From a virus: 64,000 nt of DNA. This document shows positions 1 to 17,147 of this stretch, piece by piece (positions within the stretch are counted from its first letter, which is position 1; every line of letters starts with the position of its first letter). The stretch is taken from positions 1 through 64,000 of IMG/VR virus record IMGVR_UViG_3300027788_000004. One strand, written 5' to 3'. The notes beneath the pieces were generated by a model that had not been told where the DNA came from, made no database searches, and saw only the letters and a program-made list of their open reading frames with translations. Made by a program: the position numbers and the translations under genes.

Positions 1-5
1 CAGGT

Positions 6-6686
<6,681 letters not shown>

Positions 6687-6700
6687 GGAATCATTCTAAT

Positions 6701-6730
6701 TGAAACAATAATTAACTTCATTCATATAAT
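6701..6730 (+). promoter_or_regulatory. TGAAAC-N16-CATATAAT promoter (putative early/middle class)
   Basis: tgaaac at 6701 and catataat at 6723. The same spacing recurs at four other loci. Confidence 0.75.
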
Positions 6731-6748
6731 ACTTAAATGGTATAAAAT

Positions 6749-7297
6749 ATGACAACTATGAAAGAACGCTATCAATGGATAAAAGGTGAAAATCTCGGTG
6801 CAGTAGAACATGCAAAAGCTAAGCAACCAAAAAGTCCTAAATTTTTGATATTTGAATCTGGTAATAAATGTAGTAGAGAAGTATTAGATGAATTTATGGT
6901 GCAAATTTTTCACGATCAAGATATATTAAATTTAGATCTAGCACAAAACGATGGAGAAGTAAAGGCTGCTATTGAAAAGTCAAAACAATATAAAAGGAAT
7001 GAAATGACAGCAGGACTATCATATGATGATGAAGATAAACCTTCTAATATCGTTACACCTTCGGTAGATAGTCCATTAATTCCTATATTAGAAAAATCTA
7101 AAAAGGAAAAGATTAAGTTAAATGCTCGTATAAATTTAGAATTGCCTAATAAGAAATTTCTTGCTGTTATGCAAGATTCATTTGATGAGGATATTTTAGA
7201 TGTTTTGAGTAATTATACACTTAGTAAAATTAAAGATCCATCTAAATTTCTACAAAATCTTATTAAGTCTTCTCTAAATGATTGGTATTCTAACTGA
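6749..7297 (+). CDS. Hypothetical protein
   Basis: 182 aa ORF directly after the promoter, with typical composition. Confidence 0.7.
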   Translation: MTTMKERYQWIKGENLGAVEHAKAKQPKSPKFLIFESGNKCSREVLDEFMVQIFHDQDILNLDLAQNDGEVKAAIEKSKQYKRNEMTAGLSYDDEDKPSNIVTPSVDSPLIPILEKSKKEKIKLNARINLELPNKKFLAVMQDSFDEDILDVLSNYTLSKIKDPSKFLQNLIKSSLNDWYSN

Positions 7298-7323
7298 TTT
7301 TTTGGACGAATATATAATTTAAT

Positions 7324-7512
7324 ATGAAACTACACACACGTAATATGATTCCGTCAGAGATCTTGATCGATGATATATCTTTACAATTTAATACTATTGA
7401 AGAATGTATTGAATTAAAAAATAGACTTATCGCCTTTATAAAATCTAAAAGACGAGATATCAGAGATAAAGGCATTGAACCGGAATTAACTTTTAATATA
7501 AAAAATAAATAA
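7324..7512 (+). CDS. Hypothetical protein
   Basis: 62 aa ORF preceded by AATATATAA at 7309; tiles with its neighbours. Confidence 0.6.
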   Translation: MKLHTRNMIPSEILIDDISLQFNTIEECIELKNRLIAFIKSKRRDIRDKGIEPELTFNIKNK

Positions 7513-7513
7513 A

Positions 7514-7828
7514 ATGGGTAAACAGGGATCTGAAAGAAGAAAGCAAAGAAAGCATTTCTTAAAGCAAATGAGAAAAAGATTATCGACTGCAGAATTCAAT
7601 GAAATGAAAAAGGAGTTTAGAGAAGAAGGAAAAACTCTTAGAGTAAACGATTTGAGAGAATCTCTTGATATAGAAAAAGAAAGGTTAGGAGAACAAGAAG
7701 GTCTTAGGAGAGATAAATTAAAAGCGGATGGATTGTCTAAAAAAGAAATAGATAAACAAATAGATGCTTGGTACGATACTGTAAAGATATGGTCTTTACA
7801 TAAAGATGTTGAGGATAATTTAATTTAA
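7514..7828 (+). CDS. Hypothetical basic/charged protein
   Basis: 104 aa, K/R/E-rich, tight operon spacing. Confidence 0.65.
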   Translation: MGKQGSERRKQRKHFLKQMRKRLSTAEFNEMKKEFREEGKTLRVNDLRESLDIEKERLGEQEGLRRDKLKADGLSKKEIDKQIDAWYDTVKIWSLHKDVEDNLI

Positions 7829-7832
7829 TTTT

Positions 7833-8033
7833 ATGAAAAAAACAAATGAACTTGGATATACTCTAGAATTTAGAGAAGGTACCGCTTGGAACGAAAAAAA
7901 TAAAGCTTGGTATATGGAATGTAAAGTATGCGGTAAACCAAGTAAGGTCGGTGGTGAACATATATTATCTACAACTTGTTATAAATGTGTTAGTCAAGGA
8001 TTAAAGGAATTTGAAGAAGATGCTAGAAGTTAA
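7833..8033 (+). CDS. Small zinc-finger protein
   Basis: CKVC ... CYKC in 66 aa. Confidence 0.6.
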   Translation: MKKTNELGYTLEFREGTAWNEKNKAWYMECKVCGKPSKVGGEHILSTTCYKCVSQGLKEFEEDARS

Positions 8034-8382
8034 ATTAGAAATAGCATCGAATGGTGTAATTAAAACAGTTACCGAAACTAACTTTAATAGTGCTGGTCAA
8101 GGTAAGGTTGTTAGATGTGTTTATGAAACAGAAGATGATAAAAAAACGTCATTCATAAATACTATGAAATTGTTTTATGATATTTCAGATGATCTAGGTA
8201 TCGATTTTGGAAATAAATTTGATATGAATGTTTTAGGTTTTAAGACAGGATGGGGTACTCATTATGAACCTAGCTTAAAGGATATCCAACAAATTAAAAA
8301 GGATCTGACTGAAGAATTAAAATATATTCGTGGTTTAGAAAAAACTATGAAAGAAGACGAGGCATTAGATCACCTAAATTAA
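8011..8382 (+). CDS. Hypothetical protein
   Basis: 123 aa ORF; the true start may be the downstream Met at 8020. Confidence 0.65.
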   Translation: MKKMLEVKLEIASNGVIKTVTETNFNSAGQGKVVRCVYETEDDKKTSFINTMKLFYDISDDLGIDFGNKFDMNVLGFKTGWGTHYEPSLKDIQQIKKDLTEELKYIRGLEKTMKEDEALDHLN

Positions 8383-8393
8383 AAATAAAATAA

Positions 8394-8816
8394 ATGATTT
8401 TGACAGAAGAAAATATAGTAGAAAAGGAATTTATCATCGTTCATTGTAATTTGAAACTCTTTAATGAAAACTTTAAGAAGGATAAAATTACAGAAGTTGT
8501 TAATTACCATGACATTATGTCAAAATTAGAAAATAATGATATTTATAAGAATGTTCCTGATAGAAGAATAATAGAATACTATATAATTAGAAAAATAAAT
8601 ACTATTTTAGAGAACAAAAAAAGTAATAGAATATATTATCTATTAGAAAATTTAGAAGTTGATATTATACGTGCATTAAAAAGGGTATTAAGAACGTATG
8701 ATCTAAAATATAAATTAGTGCTTGCAGAAGATGATGATATTGATGATATCAAAACAGAATTTGACACTATAGAAATTGTTAATTTGAATAATGATAAAAC
8801 ACAAATTGATAAATAA
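8394..8816 (+). CDS. Hypothetical protein
   Basis: 140 aa ORF in the operon. Confidence 0.65.
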   Translation: MILTEENIVEKEFIIVHCNLKLFNENFKKDKITEVVNYHDIMSKLENNDIYKNVPDRRIIEYYIIRKINTILENKKSNRIYYLLENLEVDIIRALKRVLRTYDLKYKLVLAEDDDIDDIKTEFDTIEIVNLNNDKTQIDK

Positions 8817-9345
8817 AGGTTCACTAGCACACTCTCTAGTAACCTCTTCAAATGATCCTAACATACTTATTCCGGTAAAAGTTATAATTAAGGATATTAA
8901 GTTCGATGAATATAATCCCTTATATTTAGTACAGATAATAAAATTTTACGATAACATTTACTTTCTTAGGAATCACTTTATAAATAATTCGTTTTCTAAC
9001 GGATTTGGCAAAAAACCTAGAACATTTTGGATTCCTACTGAGATAGATACTACATTAAAACTAGAAAATTATATACAAAAGGATTCTGAAAGATTTTATG
9101 TTGTTATTGATTCTATCCATACTACTCGATACAAAAATGATTTAGTCGATATGTTTAATAAAATACAAGACTTTATTATATTACGAAATTTATCAGAAAC
9201 TAAAGACTTATCTACTAGAAAATTCTATTCAGGTAAATTAAGATTTGATACTCAAACTGAATTCTTTGCTAGGCTTAAAACCATGTTAGTACAAAAAATT
9301 ACTGATGCTGGTGAATCTTGGGATCAATTCATTAAGAGCCTTTGA
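8791..9345 (+). CDS. Hypothetical protein
   Basis: 184 aa ORF overlapping the previous stop region. Confidence 0.65.
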   Translation: MIKHKLINKGSLAHSLVTSSNDPNILIPVKVIIKDIKFDEYNPLYLVQIIKFYDNIYFLRNHFINNSFSNGFGKKPRTFWIPTEIDTTLKLENYIQKDSERFYVVIDSIHTTRYKNDLVDMFNKIQDFIILRNLSETKDLSTRKFYSGKLRFDTQTEFFARLKTMLVQKITDAGESWDQFIKSL

Positions 9346-9352
9346 TATATAA
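9344..9352 (+). promoter_or_regulatory. Putative late promoter GATATATAA
   Basis: The RATAWATA motif recurs just upstream of many structural genes; analogous to the T4 late promoter TATAAATA. Confidence 0.55.
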
Positions 9353-9376
9353 TATAATAAAATAATCTAATTTACT

Positions 9377-11017
9377 ATGGCAGATACTCCTATGAGAGGA
9401 CGAGATTGGAAAACCTACGAAAGAGGTTCAGCGGCTGCTCAATCGGCTCCACTTACAAGTCCCTATAATAAGGATGTAGATTTACCTCAAGGTCCAGATC
9501 AAGAATCTAAATATAAAGGTAAGGAGGCCTTATTTAATAGGTTTTACACATTTTACTATGGTGGTTCTTTAGGACAAAACGGAACTACTTCAGTAAATTA
9601 TTTTGAAGATGATGCTGGATGGAAGCCTAGAGAGATTGATCGAAATCCTACAGCTGCTAGAATAATAGAATGGAGCAGAGAAAGTAAAAATGCATGTGAG
9701 TATTCTTGGGAAGATTTCTTATGGGCTAAAAACTATGGAAAGGTTCCAAATAACTATATGATTACTTTACGTAGATTTGGGATGCCTGCTACAGATAATT
9801 TATTAAATGTAGAAAGACAAGGAACTCCCGATATTGGAAGAATGGTTTCTTGGATGGATGGAGAAACTAATAAGCTTAGTGAACTAATGAAATTTTCTGT
9901 AAAATTAAATTGGGAAGAATTCAAATCAGAAATACAAACATATCAAGGTGGTGGATATGGTGGTGCGGGTGGAGGATCTATGATTGGAAAATTAATGCAA
10001 GCTTCTGATACTAGTGGTTCTAAGAATGCTGCAAAGGGAAGTGGAGCTGCTAATTTAGATCCATACGCAAACCAAACAAATAAGACTTTAGGACCTATTA
10101 ACGTTATTGATAAAATGATGGTTCGTAAACGTGGTTTATTTTTTGAGCAATCTCTAAAGGTTGTATTTGAATATGAAATGAAATCAATCGATGGAATAAA
10201 TGGTAAGATCGCGTTTTTAGATTTATTAATGAACGTTTTAATGGTCACGTATAATCGTGGTGATTTTTGGGGAGGAGCTAAACGATTTGTTGGTGGTGCA
10301 AGAACATCAAATCCTATTGCAGGACAGGATGGAATGGCTGCTTTAGCAAAAGGTGATTTCGGAACATTCTTAGATAAACTTACTACAGGATTATCTTCTA
10401 GAATGAACGATTTAACTGGAGGTAAGGGATTATCCCTAGAAGGTATTGGAAATGCATTAAAAACAGTTGGTGGAAATGTGGCTATGAGAGCTGGTGGTGC
10501 CGCTATGGATAAGATGGGTAGACCACAGGCTCAAGCAACAATGGCTTTATTAACTGGTGAAGATACTGGTGAATGGCATTTAATGTTAGGAAATCCTTCT
10601 AGACCTATGCTTAGTGTTGGTAATTTAATTTTAGAAAATACCGAAATTGCATTAGATGGACCTCTTAGTAAAGATGATTTTCCTACAAAATTAAAAGTTA
10701 CTTGTACATTAAAACCTGCGAGACCTAGAGATAGAGATGATGTTCAAATGATGTTTGCACCTGGTAATGGAGAAAGATTATATAGTTCTGCATTAGACTT
10801 TATTAAAACTACGTACTACGGTCAAGTGGCTGCAGCCGGTGGTGAAAAGTATAATCAAACAAAGAATCAAAATGCAACTGCTTCGGTTTTAAGTGGAAAT
10901 CAACCAGCAATGGAAAGAGAAGAAGCTAACGTACAAGATATATTAGCACAGAGATTCCCAAATCATCAAAATCTTGGTGCTGGTGGAATTGAAAACACAT
11001 CAAAATATACAACATAA
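9377..11017 (+). CDS. Putative baseplate tail-tube cap/initiator (T4 gp48-like)
   Basis: Lies before the gp53-like gene. Gly/Ala-rich insert and tube-fold-like C-terminus (NLILENTEIALDG...FPTKLKVTCTLKP). Confidence 0.5.
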   Translation: MADTPMRGRDWKTYERGSAAAQSAPLTSPYNKDVDLPQGPDQESKYKGKEALFNRFYTFYYGGSLGQNGTTSVNYFEDDAGWKPREIDRNPTAARIIEWSRESKNACEYSWEDFLWAKNYGKVPNNYMITLRRFGMPATDNLLNVERQGTPDIGRMVSWMDGETNKLSELMKFSVKLNWEEFKSEIQTYQGGGYGGAGGGSMIGKLMQASDTSGSKNAAKGSGAANLDPYANQTNKTLGPINVIDKMMVRKRGLFFEQSLKVVFEYEMKSIDGINGKIAFLDLLMNVLMVTYNRGDFWGGAKRFVGGARTSNPIAGQDGMAALAKGDFGTFLDKLTTGLSSRMNDLTGGKGLSLEGIGNALKTVGGNVAMRAGGAAMDKMGRPQAQATMALLTGEDTGEWHLMLGNPSRPMLSVGNLILENTEIALDGPLSKDDFPTKLKVTCTLKPARPRDRDDVQMMFAPGNGERLYSSALDFIKTTYYGQVAAAGGEKYNQTKNQNATASVLSGNQPAMEREEANVQDILAQRFPNHQNLGAGGIENTSKYTT

Positions 11018-11020
11018 CAT

Positions 11021-11593
11021 ATGGCGTTAAACTTAAAATATATGAATCTTAAACGAATCATAACAAAGACTAATTATTATGGTGTTGATAAGATGGTTAC
11101 TGATTTAACAGAACCTACGTTAAAGCCTAACTTTGCAGATCCTAATTTTGTTATAGCAAGAACTGTTATAGTTAATGAAGAATACGCAATGAGACCGGAT
11201 CTTATTTCCATGTTTGCATATGGTACAGATATACACACAGATATCATACTTAAATTTAATGGAATATCAAATCCGTTTGCGGTTAACGAAGGTGATTTAT
11301 TATTGATACCTAAATTAGATGGTGCAAAAACAATGTATATTCAACCAAAACCTAGTAAGAAAGAAATAGAAGAAGTTAAGCGTGCATTTATAGATAAAAA
11401 TAGATTTAGCAAACCTACAGAAGAAAGATTAGCTAAATTAGCAGCATTGGCTGCAAGTAAACAAAATGGATCTTCTACAATAACACCATCAAACCAATTA
11501 AAACCTGGAGAATCTGCGGTTACCACAAAGGCAGGTGCATTAATTTTTGCTAATTATAGGAATGGTGGAAGTAATAAGAATAATCAGACATAA
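11021..11593 (+). CDS. Baseplate wedge protein (T4 gp53-like, LysM-like)
   Basis: RPDLISMFAYG...IILKFNGISNPF...GDLLLIP signature. Confidence 0.8.
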   Translation: MALNLKYMNLKRIITKTNYYGVDKMVTDLTEPTLKPNFADPNFVIARTVIVNEEYAMRPDLISMFAYGTDIHTDIILKFNGISNPFAVNEGDLLLIPKLDGAKTMYIQPKPSKKEIEEVKRAFIDKNRFSKPTEERLAKLAALAASKQNGSSTITPSNQLKPGESAVTTKAGALIFANYRNGGSNKNNQT

Positions 11594-11595
11594 AT

Positions 11596-13167
11596 ATGGC
11601 AACGGTCGATAGAGACATACTAACTATAACAGAACCTACTCTTGCATTAGATGAAGTTTTCGTAGAGGATGAACAAAGTGTAGATGCACAAAACGAAAGT
11701 TCACCAGAAAACGATAATCAAACAATGCAACAGCAAACAATGGAGGGTGGTTTGTTTCCGGTAGTTCAAATAGGTACTAATAAAATTCAAATACAGGATT
11801 TATCGTTTATGGAATTAAAAAACGATGGATTCTTACCAACTGCAACGTTTGTTGTAGATGATCGTCTTGGAAAACTAACAGATTTAGAATATCCATTAGA
11901 TGGTTATGTTGTTTCGTTATACTTGAAACCGAGACCTATAACTACATATCGACCAATTAGAATAGATTTTGATATTTCTAGTATATCATCAGTACCTGGA
12001 TCTCCAGCCGGTGGAGGAAGTGAAGATGAAGAACCTACCGATGGAGAACCTGCAAAGTATACGTTTAATTGTATAATGAAAGTTCCTTTAATGTTTGCCG
12101 ATGTAGTACAGGGATTTCAACCAGGCAATTCGTTTGATCATTTATTAGAATGTGCAGAAGGATTGCAATTAGGTTTTGCATCTAACGAAGATGGAACTGA
12201 TGATTTAATGGCTAGGATATGTGCTGATACAGGAAGAGATGAATGGATAGCTGAGACTACTAGATCTGCATATAAGGATGACGATTCGTTTTTTACTTCG
12301 TATGTAGATCTACATTATTATTTATGTATGGTTAATATAAATAAGCAATTTAGTTTAGAAGATGTTATGGAAGATGTAACAGCGATATCACAAATAGATT
12401 ATTCTATGCAATCACCACAGGATGCTGCTTCAGAAGATGGAGTTCCTGGTAGTTTACGATTGTCTAATAGCCAAGATGTTGCAGGAACCAATATGCATAT
12501 TGCATCATATAATCTTGTAAATAAAACTGGAGAAATTTGGATGGCTAACGGATATAGACGAAACGTTAAATATCTTAATCTAAATGAAAATAATAATGAT
12601 GGTGAATTTCAGGGATTAGAACAATTTTTAATAACTCCGTTAAATACACCAGGATCAGAAGAAAGTGAAATACCTATGAGAGGTAGAGCTACGGATCCAG
12701 CAGAGTATTGGGAGAATAATACAAAAGCTAAGTATTTAGGAAAACAACCATCAGAAGAATTTGAAAATGTTCATTCAAACTATATGTTTGCAATTGCAAA
12801 TAATATAGGAAATAATTCAGAAATTAACAAAATGAGTATGACGGTTATATTAGAAGCTGTGAATTGGGCTTTATATAGATACCAAAGAATACCGGTTATT
12901 ATATACAATACAGGAGAAGTTCAAAATAAAACGTTAGAAAATAGAGATAGACAATTAGGAGATGATGAACAACCTACAAATGCAGAAACCGATGAAGCTG
13001 CAAATTACAGTGAACCTGGTCAGATGGTTAAAAATGAATTTCTTTCTGGATATTATGTCATTTCAGAAATAACGTATAAATATAGTAGAGATAACAGTAA
13101 AATAATGCAGCACCTATCGCTTCTTCGAAGAGAATGGCCGATATCTGCAAGCAATTCAGACAACTAA
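11596..13167 (+). CDS. Putative baseplate hub protein (T4 gp27-like)
   Basis: C-terminal LSGYYVISEITYKY...LSLLRREW motif typical of hub proteins; synteny with gp53 and gp5. Confidence 0.65.
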   Translation: MATVDRDILTITEPTLALDEVFVEDEQSVDAQNESSPENDNQTMQQQTMEGGLFPVVQIGTNKIQIQDLSFMELKNDGFLPTATFVVDDRLGKLTDLEYPLDGYVVSLYLKPRPITTYRPIRIDFDISSISSVPGSPAGGGSEDEEPTDGEPAKYTFNCIMKVPLMFADVVQGFQPGNSFDHLLECAEGLQLGFASNEDGTDDLMARICADTGRDEWIAETTRSAYKDDDSFFTSYVDLHYYLCMVNINKQFSLEDVMEDVTAISQIDYSMQSPQDAASEDGVPGSLRLSNSQDVAGTNMHIASYNLVNKTGEIWMANGYRRNVKYLNLNENNNDGEFQGLEQFLITPLNTPGSEESEIPMRGRATDPAEYWENNTKAKYLGKQPSEEFENVHSNYMFAIANNIGNNSEINKMSMTVILEAVNWALYRYQRIPVIIYNTGEVQNKTLENRDRQLGDDEQPTNAETDEAANYSEPGQMVKNEFLSGYYVISEITYKYSRDNSKIMQHLSLLRREWPISASNSDN

Positions 13168-13171
13168 TAAT

Positions 13172-14629
13172 ATGACTAAAGTAATACCATATACTGATCC
13201 GGCTAAAAACGCCTTTGCGAAAACGAATCCATATTATACGGATAATCGTTACCTAAACACACAAGATCCTACTGTTTTAGGATTCAAACTATTGTTTAAT
13301 TTCGATCAAGCAGATAGCGGCTTATTATGGGGTGCTGCTGTTGATTCTGCTCCACCAACAAATACTGCATTAGGTTTTTTAACTTCGATTGGAGATGGAC
13401 AACGTGCATATTATCTTAAACAATTTTTAAGAATTTTACATGGCATTAATAATCAAACTCCTTGGTTTTTTCAAAATTTAACAGGTTTGAAAGATGCATG
13501 GAAGCATGATTTATCGATTCCTTTAATTAAAGAAGATACTAAATTAGAAATCGAATGTTTAGAATCTATAGATTTACGTATGACTGCTCTTATAGATTTA
13601 TATAGAAAGGCATGCTTTGATTGGAAATATAGAAGAGAAGTAGTTCCTAAAAATTTAAGACAGTTTTCTATGTCGGTTTATGTATATGAGCAAAGATGGA
13701 TTTCAAATCCTAATGCACAAGCATTCGCAGATTTTAGAGATGATAACGGTAAATTTACTGGATTAGCTGATGCAGCTAAAACGTTCAAATCTAAAGCGGC
13801 TACATTCGCTGCTGATTTAACTGGTATGAATGAAATTCTAAACGATCCGCCAAATCCTAATGTAAATATAGTAGAAGGCGTTCCTATGAGCACAACACGA
13901 AATCTATTTCATTTTGATTTTTGTGAATTTGATCCTACCGAATCTGCTGGTCATTTAGAAACATTAAGTCATGCTGATCCTGGAGATGGGATAAAGCAAA
14001 AATTAACAATAAAATACCAAGCGGTAGAGGAAGTAAATATGTATGAGTGGTGGGATAAAAATCCGGTTGCAGATAGTTGGATACCTGCGTTAGACGAAGC
14101 TGCTTTAGATGCATTAGACGGAGGAGTCACTGGCCAGATTAAATTTAATGTTGCTCAGGCAATAGCGAATCCAAAAGACTTTTTAGGTAATTTAGCAGAA
14201 CAAGGATTGAAACAAGTTGAAAGTTTTGCAAATTCTAAAATAGCTGCATTAGCATTAGGTAATATATACGGTCTTAGCTTATCTACATTAGGTGGTCCTG
14301 GAGGAGTAGCTGCAATAGGATCTGCTATTAAACAAGCTGGTAGATCTATATTAAATACACCTGGACATATGGCTCAAGCTGGAGGTAACGTATATGAAAG
14401 ATCTACATCGCCTTCTTTATCTAATTATGGTGGAGAGAAAATTAGTCAAAATATCACAGATGGTTCTCCATCGCTTTCTAATGATACTAAAGAAAATATA
14501 GATCAAAACGTTTACAACGATTCTTCAACACCAGCAAATGGAAATATCACAGACGGTTCTCAAAAGGAAGGATCATCTTTAACTAATACTGATCCGAGTA
14601 ACAGCCCATCAGGAAATATATTTGAATAA
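13172..14629 (+). CDS. Putative tail-tube initiator (gp54-like) with a low-complexity C-terminal tail
   Basis: Synteny between hub and spike; tube-fold-like middle region. Confidence 0.45.
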   Translation: MTKVIPYTDPAKNAFAKTNPYYTDNRYLNTQDPTVLGFKLLFNFDQADSGLLWGAAVDSAPPTNTALGFLTSIGDGQRAYYLKQFLRILHGINNQTPWFFQNLTGLKDAWKHDLSIPLIKEDTKLEIECLESIDLRMTALIDLYRKACFDWKYRREVVPKNLRQFSMSVYVYEQRWISNPNAQAFADFRDDNGKFTGLADAAKTFKSKAATFAADLTGMNEILNDPPNPNVNIVEGVPMSTTRNLFHFDFCEFDPTESAGHLETLSHADPGDGIKQKLTIKYQAVEEVNMYEWWDKNPVADSWIPALDEAALDALDGGVTGQIKFNVAQAIANPKDFLGNLAEQGLKQVESFANSKIAALALGNIYGLSLSTLGGPGGVAAIGSAIKQAGRSILNTPGHMAQAGGNVYERSTSPSLSNYGGEKISQNITDGSPSLSNDTKENIDQNVYNDSSTPANGNITDGSQKEGSSLTNTDPSNSPSGNIFE

Positions 14630-15441
14630 TGCAGATTACACAAAAAGACTTTTTTAAGGATAATGTTAGAGATGGAAATTATTGTGGTGTTGTAAAAGAT
14701 ATCGAAGATCCATTAAAGATAGGACGTGTTAAAATTGAGGTATTTGGATTCTTTGAAGGATTAGATCCAACTCTTTTACCATGGGCAGTACCATCATCAA
14801 ATATAACTGCAGGTTCGAACAGTGGAGGTGGATTCTATTCTGTTCCTAAATTGGACTCTCTGGTGAATGTTAAATTTGATAATGGTAATATATATTGCCC
14901 AATCTATACATTCAACCAGCGGATCTCTAATGAACTTAAAGATGAGATTTCGGCCTCTTATGAGAATGCACATTCGTTAATATATGATACAGAATCTCAA
15001 CCAGGGCCTATCAAAATTTTCTTTACAGAAGAAACTGGATTGATGTTAAATTATAATGAAAGTAAGGTAAACATAAGACCAGATAATACCGTTTATATAG
15101 AACATTCTGGAGGAAAGATTATTCATATACAAGATAATCACATTAGTATAGGAAAGGAAGATGAATCCGATGAACCTGCTACATTAGGCGAAAAAAATGT
15201 TACAGCATTAGATGCGCTAGCCGATGAAATAAATAATTTAGCAAAGGCCGTAGAAAGCTTTGGTAAGCAACAAGCTATAATCGTTGGTAGTATTCCTCCG
15301 TTAAGTCCACTAGGTGCTCAATTATCGAAATTATCTGCAGCTATGATTCCTATTCAAACAGTGATAGGATCTCCTATAAAATCTACTAAAATTCCAGAAA
15401 CTAGATCTTCTACTGTTTCAGTGGATGGACCGTCTATGTAA
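14629..15441 (+). CDS. Baseplate central spike protein (gp5/VgrG OB-fold), no lysozyme domain
   Basis: YCGVVKDIEDPLKIGRVKIEV...LPWAVP...VPKLDSLVNVKFDNGNIYCP. Confidence 0.85.
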   Translation: MQITQKDFFKDNVRDGNYCGVVKDIEDPLKIGRVKIEVFGFFEGLDPTLLPWAVPSSNITAGSNSGGGFYSVPKLDSLVNVKFDNGNIYCPIYTFNQRISNELKDEISASYENAHSLIYDTESQPGPIKIFFTEETGLMLNYNESKVNIRPDNTVYIEHSGGKIIHIQDNHISIGKEDESDEPATLGEKNVTALDALADEINNLAKAVESFGKQQAIIVGSIPPLSPLGAQLSKLSAAMIPIQTVIGSPIKSTKIPETRSSTVSVDGPSM

Positions 15442-15474
15442 GCAAATATATAATATAAATTAAAAACAAAAAAT

Positions 15475-15909
15475 ATGCCTTTAGTACCATTAACCTTATT
15501 TCCAACTTTATTTGATGCGATAAATGAAGCAGCAAGAGAATCTATTTACTTATATCAACGAGGTATGGATCCAACCGATAAAGAGAAAGATATAAAACTA
15601 GAACAACCGTTAGGATTGCCTGATATTAACGTTGCAGTTGATTGTTCAAAAGGTATAGCTAATCCTATTGCTAATATAGTTAATAACAATGAACAGGAAG
15701 GATATGAAACAATAGATATGGAAAAGGCTGCTGATTTATTTGGAATGGTATTTGCTGCAAAACTTACACCAGTATTAGTATTAAATATAGATGCTTATAT
15801 ACGAACTGGATTAGTTCAAACAACCGTTGCACCAGGAATACCTACCGTCGGTTCAGCTACTGCACAAGCTACTACTGCTCCAGGTGTTGGAACAGGAATA
15901 GTCATCTAA
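15475..15909 (+). CDS. Hypothetical protein, possible spike tip or associated protein
   Basis: Follows gp5; C-terminal V/T/G-rich beta segment (TTVAPGIPTVG...PGVGTGIVI). Confidence 0.5.
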   Translation: MPLVPLTLFPTLFDAINEAARESIYLYQRGMDPTDKEKDIKLEQPLGLPDINVAVDCSKGIANPIANIVNNNEQEGYETIDMEKAADLFGMVFAAKLTPVLVLNIDAYIRTGLVQTTVAPGIPTVGSATAQATTAPGVGTGIVI

Positions 15910-15927
15910 ATACAAACAGAAAACTTA

Positions 15928-15942
15928 GATATATAGATTATA
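15928..15942 (+). promoter_or_regulatory. Putative late promoter GATATATAGATTATA
   Basis: An identical 15-mer occurs at 59825; lies upstream of the S1 gene. Confidence 0.55.
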
Positions 15943-15971
15943 TTATTACAATAACCCTTAAAATAAATTGA

Positions 15972-17147
15972 ATGTCAAATAATTCCTACACTGCACATAT
16001 CCAACCTTTAGCAGATTTTGATTGGGAAGCTTACGAAGCTACCGATAGAAGCAAAAGAAAACACAACAAAAAGATCAAAGTAAAAAACGATAAAGATAAA
16101 GTTTTTTCACACGAGCCAAACGCTCAACACCTTTACGATTTAATAAACGACACTACTAAAGAGTTACTAATACCAAATGAAGGACATTTAGTTAAAGGTA
16201 CTATAGATTCAATAGGTAATAGATATGCATACGTGGATATCGGTTGGAGAGAATCTGCTCTATTAGATTTACACAAAGAAAAACCAGAATACATAGAAAG
16301 TTTTAGCGTAAATGCTGAAATTGATGTTATAATTAAACGATCTAATCTTCATCGTTCTGGTGAGTTAGAGGTTTCTTACAGCGAAGCAATCAAACATGTA
16401 AAATATAGAGAAATTTTCGATTCAATAGGACAACCAACCGCGTATCTAGCATATGTAAAGGAACTTATTCATGGTGGATACTTTTTAGATATTGAAGGAG
16501 TTAGATGCTTTATGCCAGGTTCGTTAGGTGGTGTAAATAAATTAGTAAATTTCGAAGAACTTTTAGATACATCTATTTATGTATGTCCTATAAACTATTC
16601 AAAAGAAAAAGATTATATTGTAGTTTCTCATAGAGATTATTTAAGAGCATTAATTCCACAGGCATTAGATGCCATTGATCCTGGTGATGCATTTGGTGGA
16701 TTTGTAACAGGAACTACTAGATTCGGAGTATTTGTCGAATTTAATAAATGTCTTACTGGTTTAATACATAAATCTGATTTAGATGAAGAGGATTTACATA
16801 AATTTAATAATAGAACTTTGACTCCTGGAGATGAAATCGACTTTACCGTTAAGGAATTAGCATCTAACGATAGAATAATTTTAACACAGAAGGAGTTTAT
16901 TCCGGTTATGGATCCTTGGAACGATGTTCTAGAGAAATATAATATACCGTCTGAGGTAACAGGTAAAATTAGAAAGAAAACTAAATATGGTTTATTTATT
17001 GAGTTAGAACCTAAAATTGTTGGTTTATTACATGTCTCTGATATTCCTGAATTTATTGATATAGACGGATTAGAAGAAGGCGAAGATATTACCCTAAATT
17101 TGATAAAAATTGAACCTGAATCTAAAAAGGTGTTCTTCAAAATATAG
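15972..17147 (+). CDS. rpsA: Ribosomal protein bS1 homologue (four S1 domains)
   Basis: Four S1 repeats (VKGTIDSIGNRYAYVDIG; GGYFLDIEGVRCFMPGS; RFGVFVEF..GLIHKSDL; KYGLFIELEPKIVGLLHVSDI). N-terminal PLADFDWEAYE resembles Bacteroidota bS1. Confidence 0.85.
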   Translation: MSNNSYTAHIQPLADFDWEAYEATDRSKRKHNKKIKVKNDKDKVFSHEPNAQHLYDLINDTTKELLIPNEGHLVKGTIDSIGNRYAYVDIGWRESALLDLHKEKPEYIESFSVNAEIDVIIKRSNLHRSGELEVSYSEAIKHVKYREIFDSIGQPTAYLAYVKELIHGGYFLDIEGVRCFMPGSLGGVNKLVNFEELLDTSIYVCPINYSKEKDYIVVSHRDYLRALIPQALDAIDPGDAFGGFVTGTTRFGVFVEFNKCLTGLIHKSDLDEEDLHKFNNRTLTPGDEIDFTVKELASNDRIILTQKEFIPVMDPWNDVLEKYNIPSEVTGKIRKKTKYGLFIELEPKIVGLLHVSDIPEFIDIDGLEEGEDITLNLIKIEPESKKVFFKI

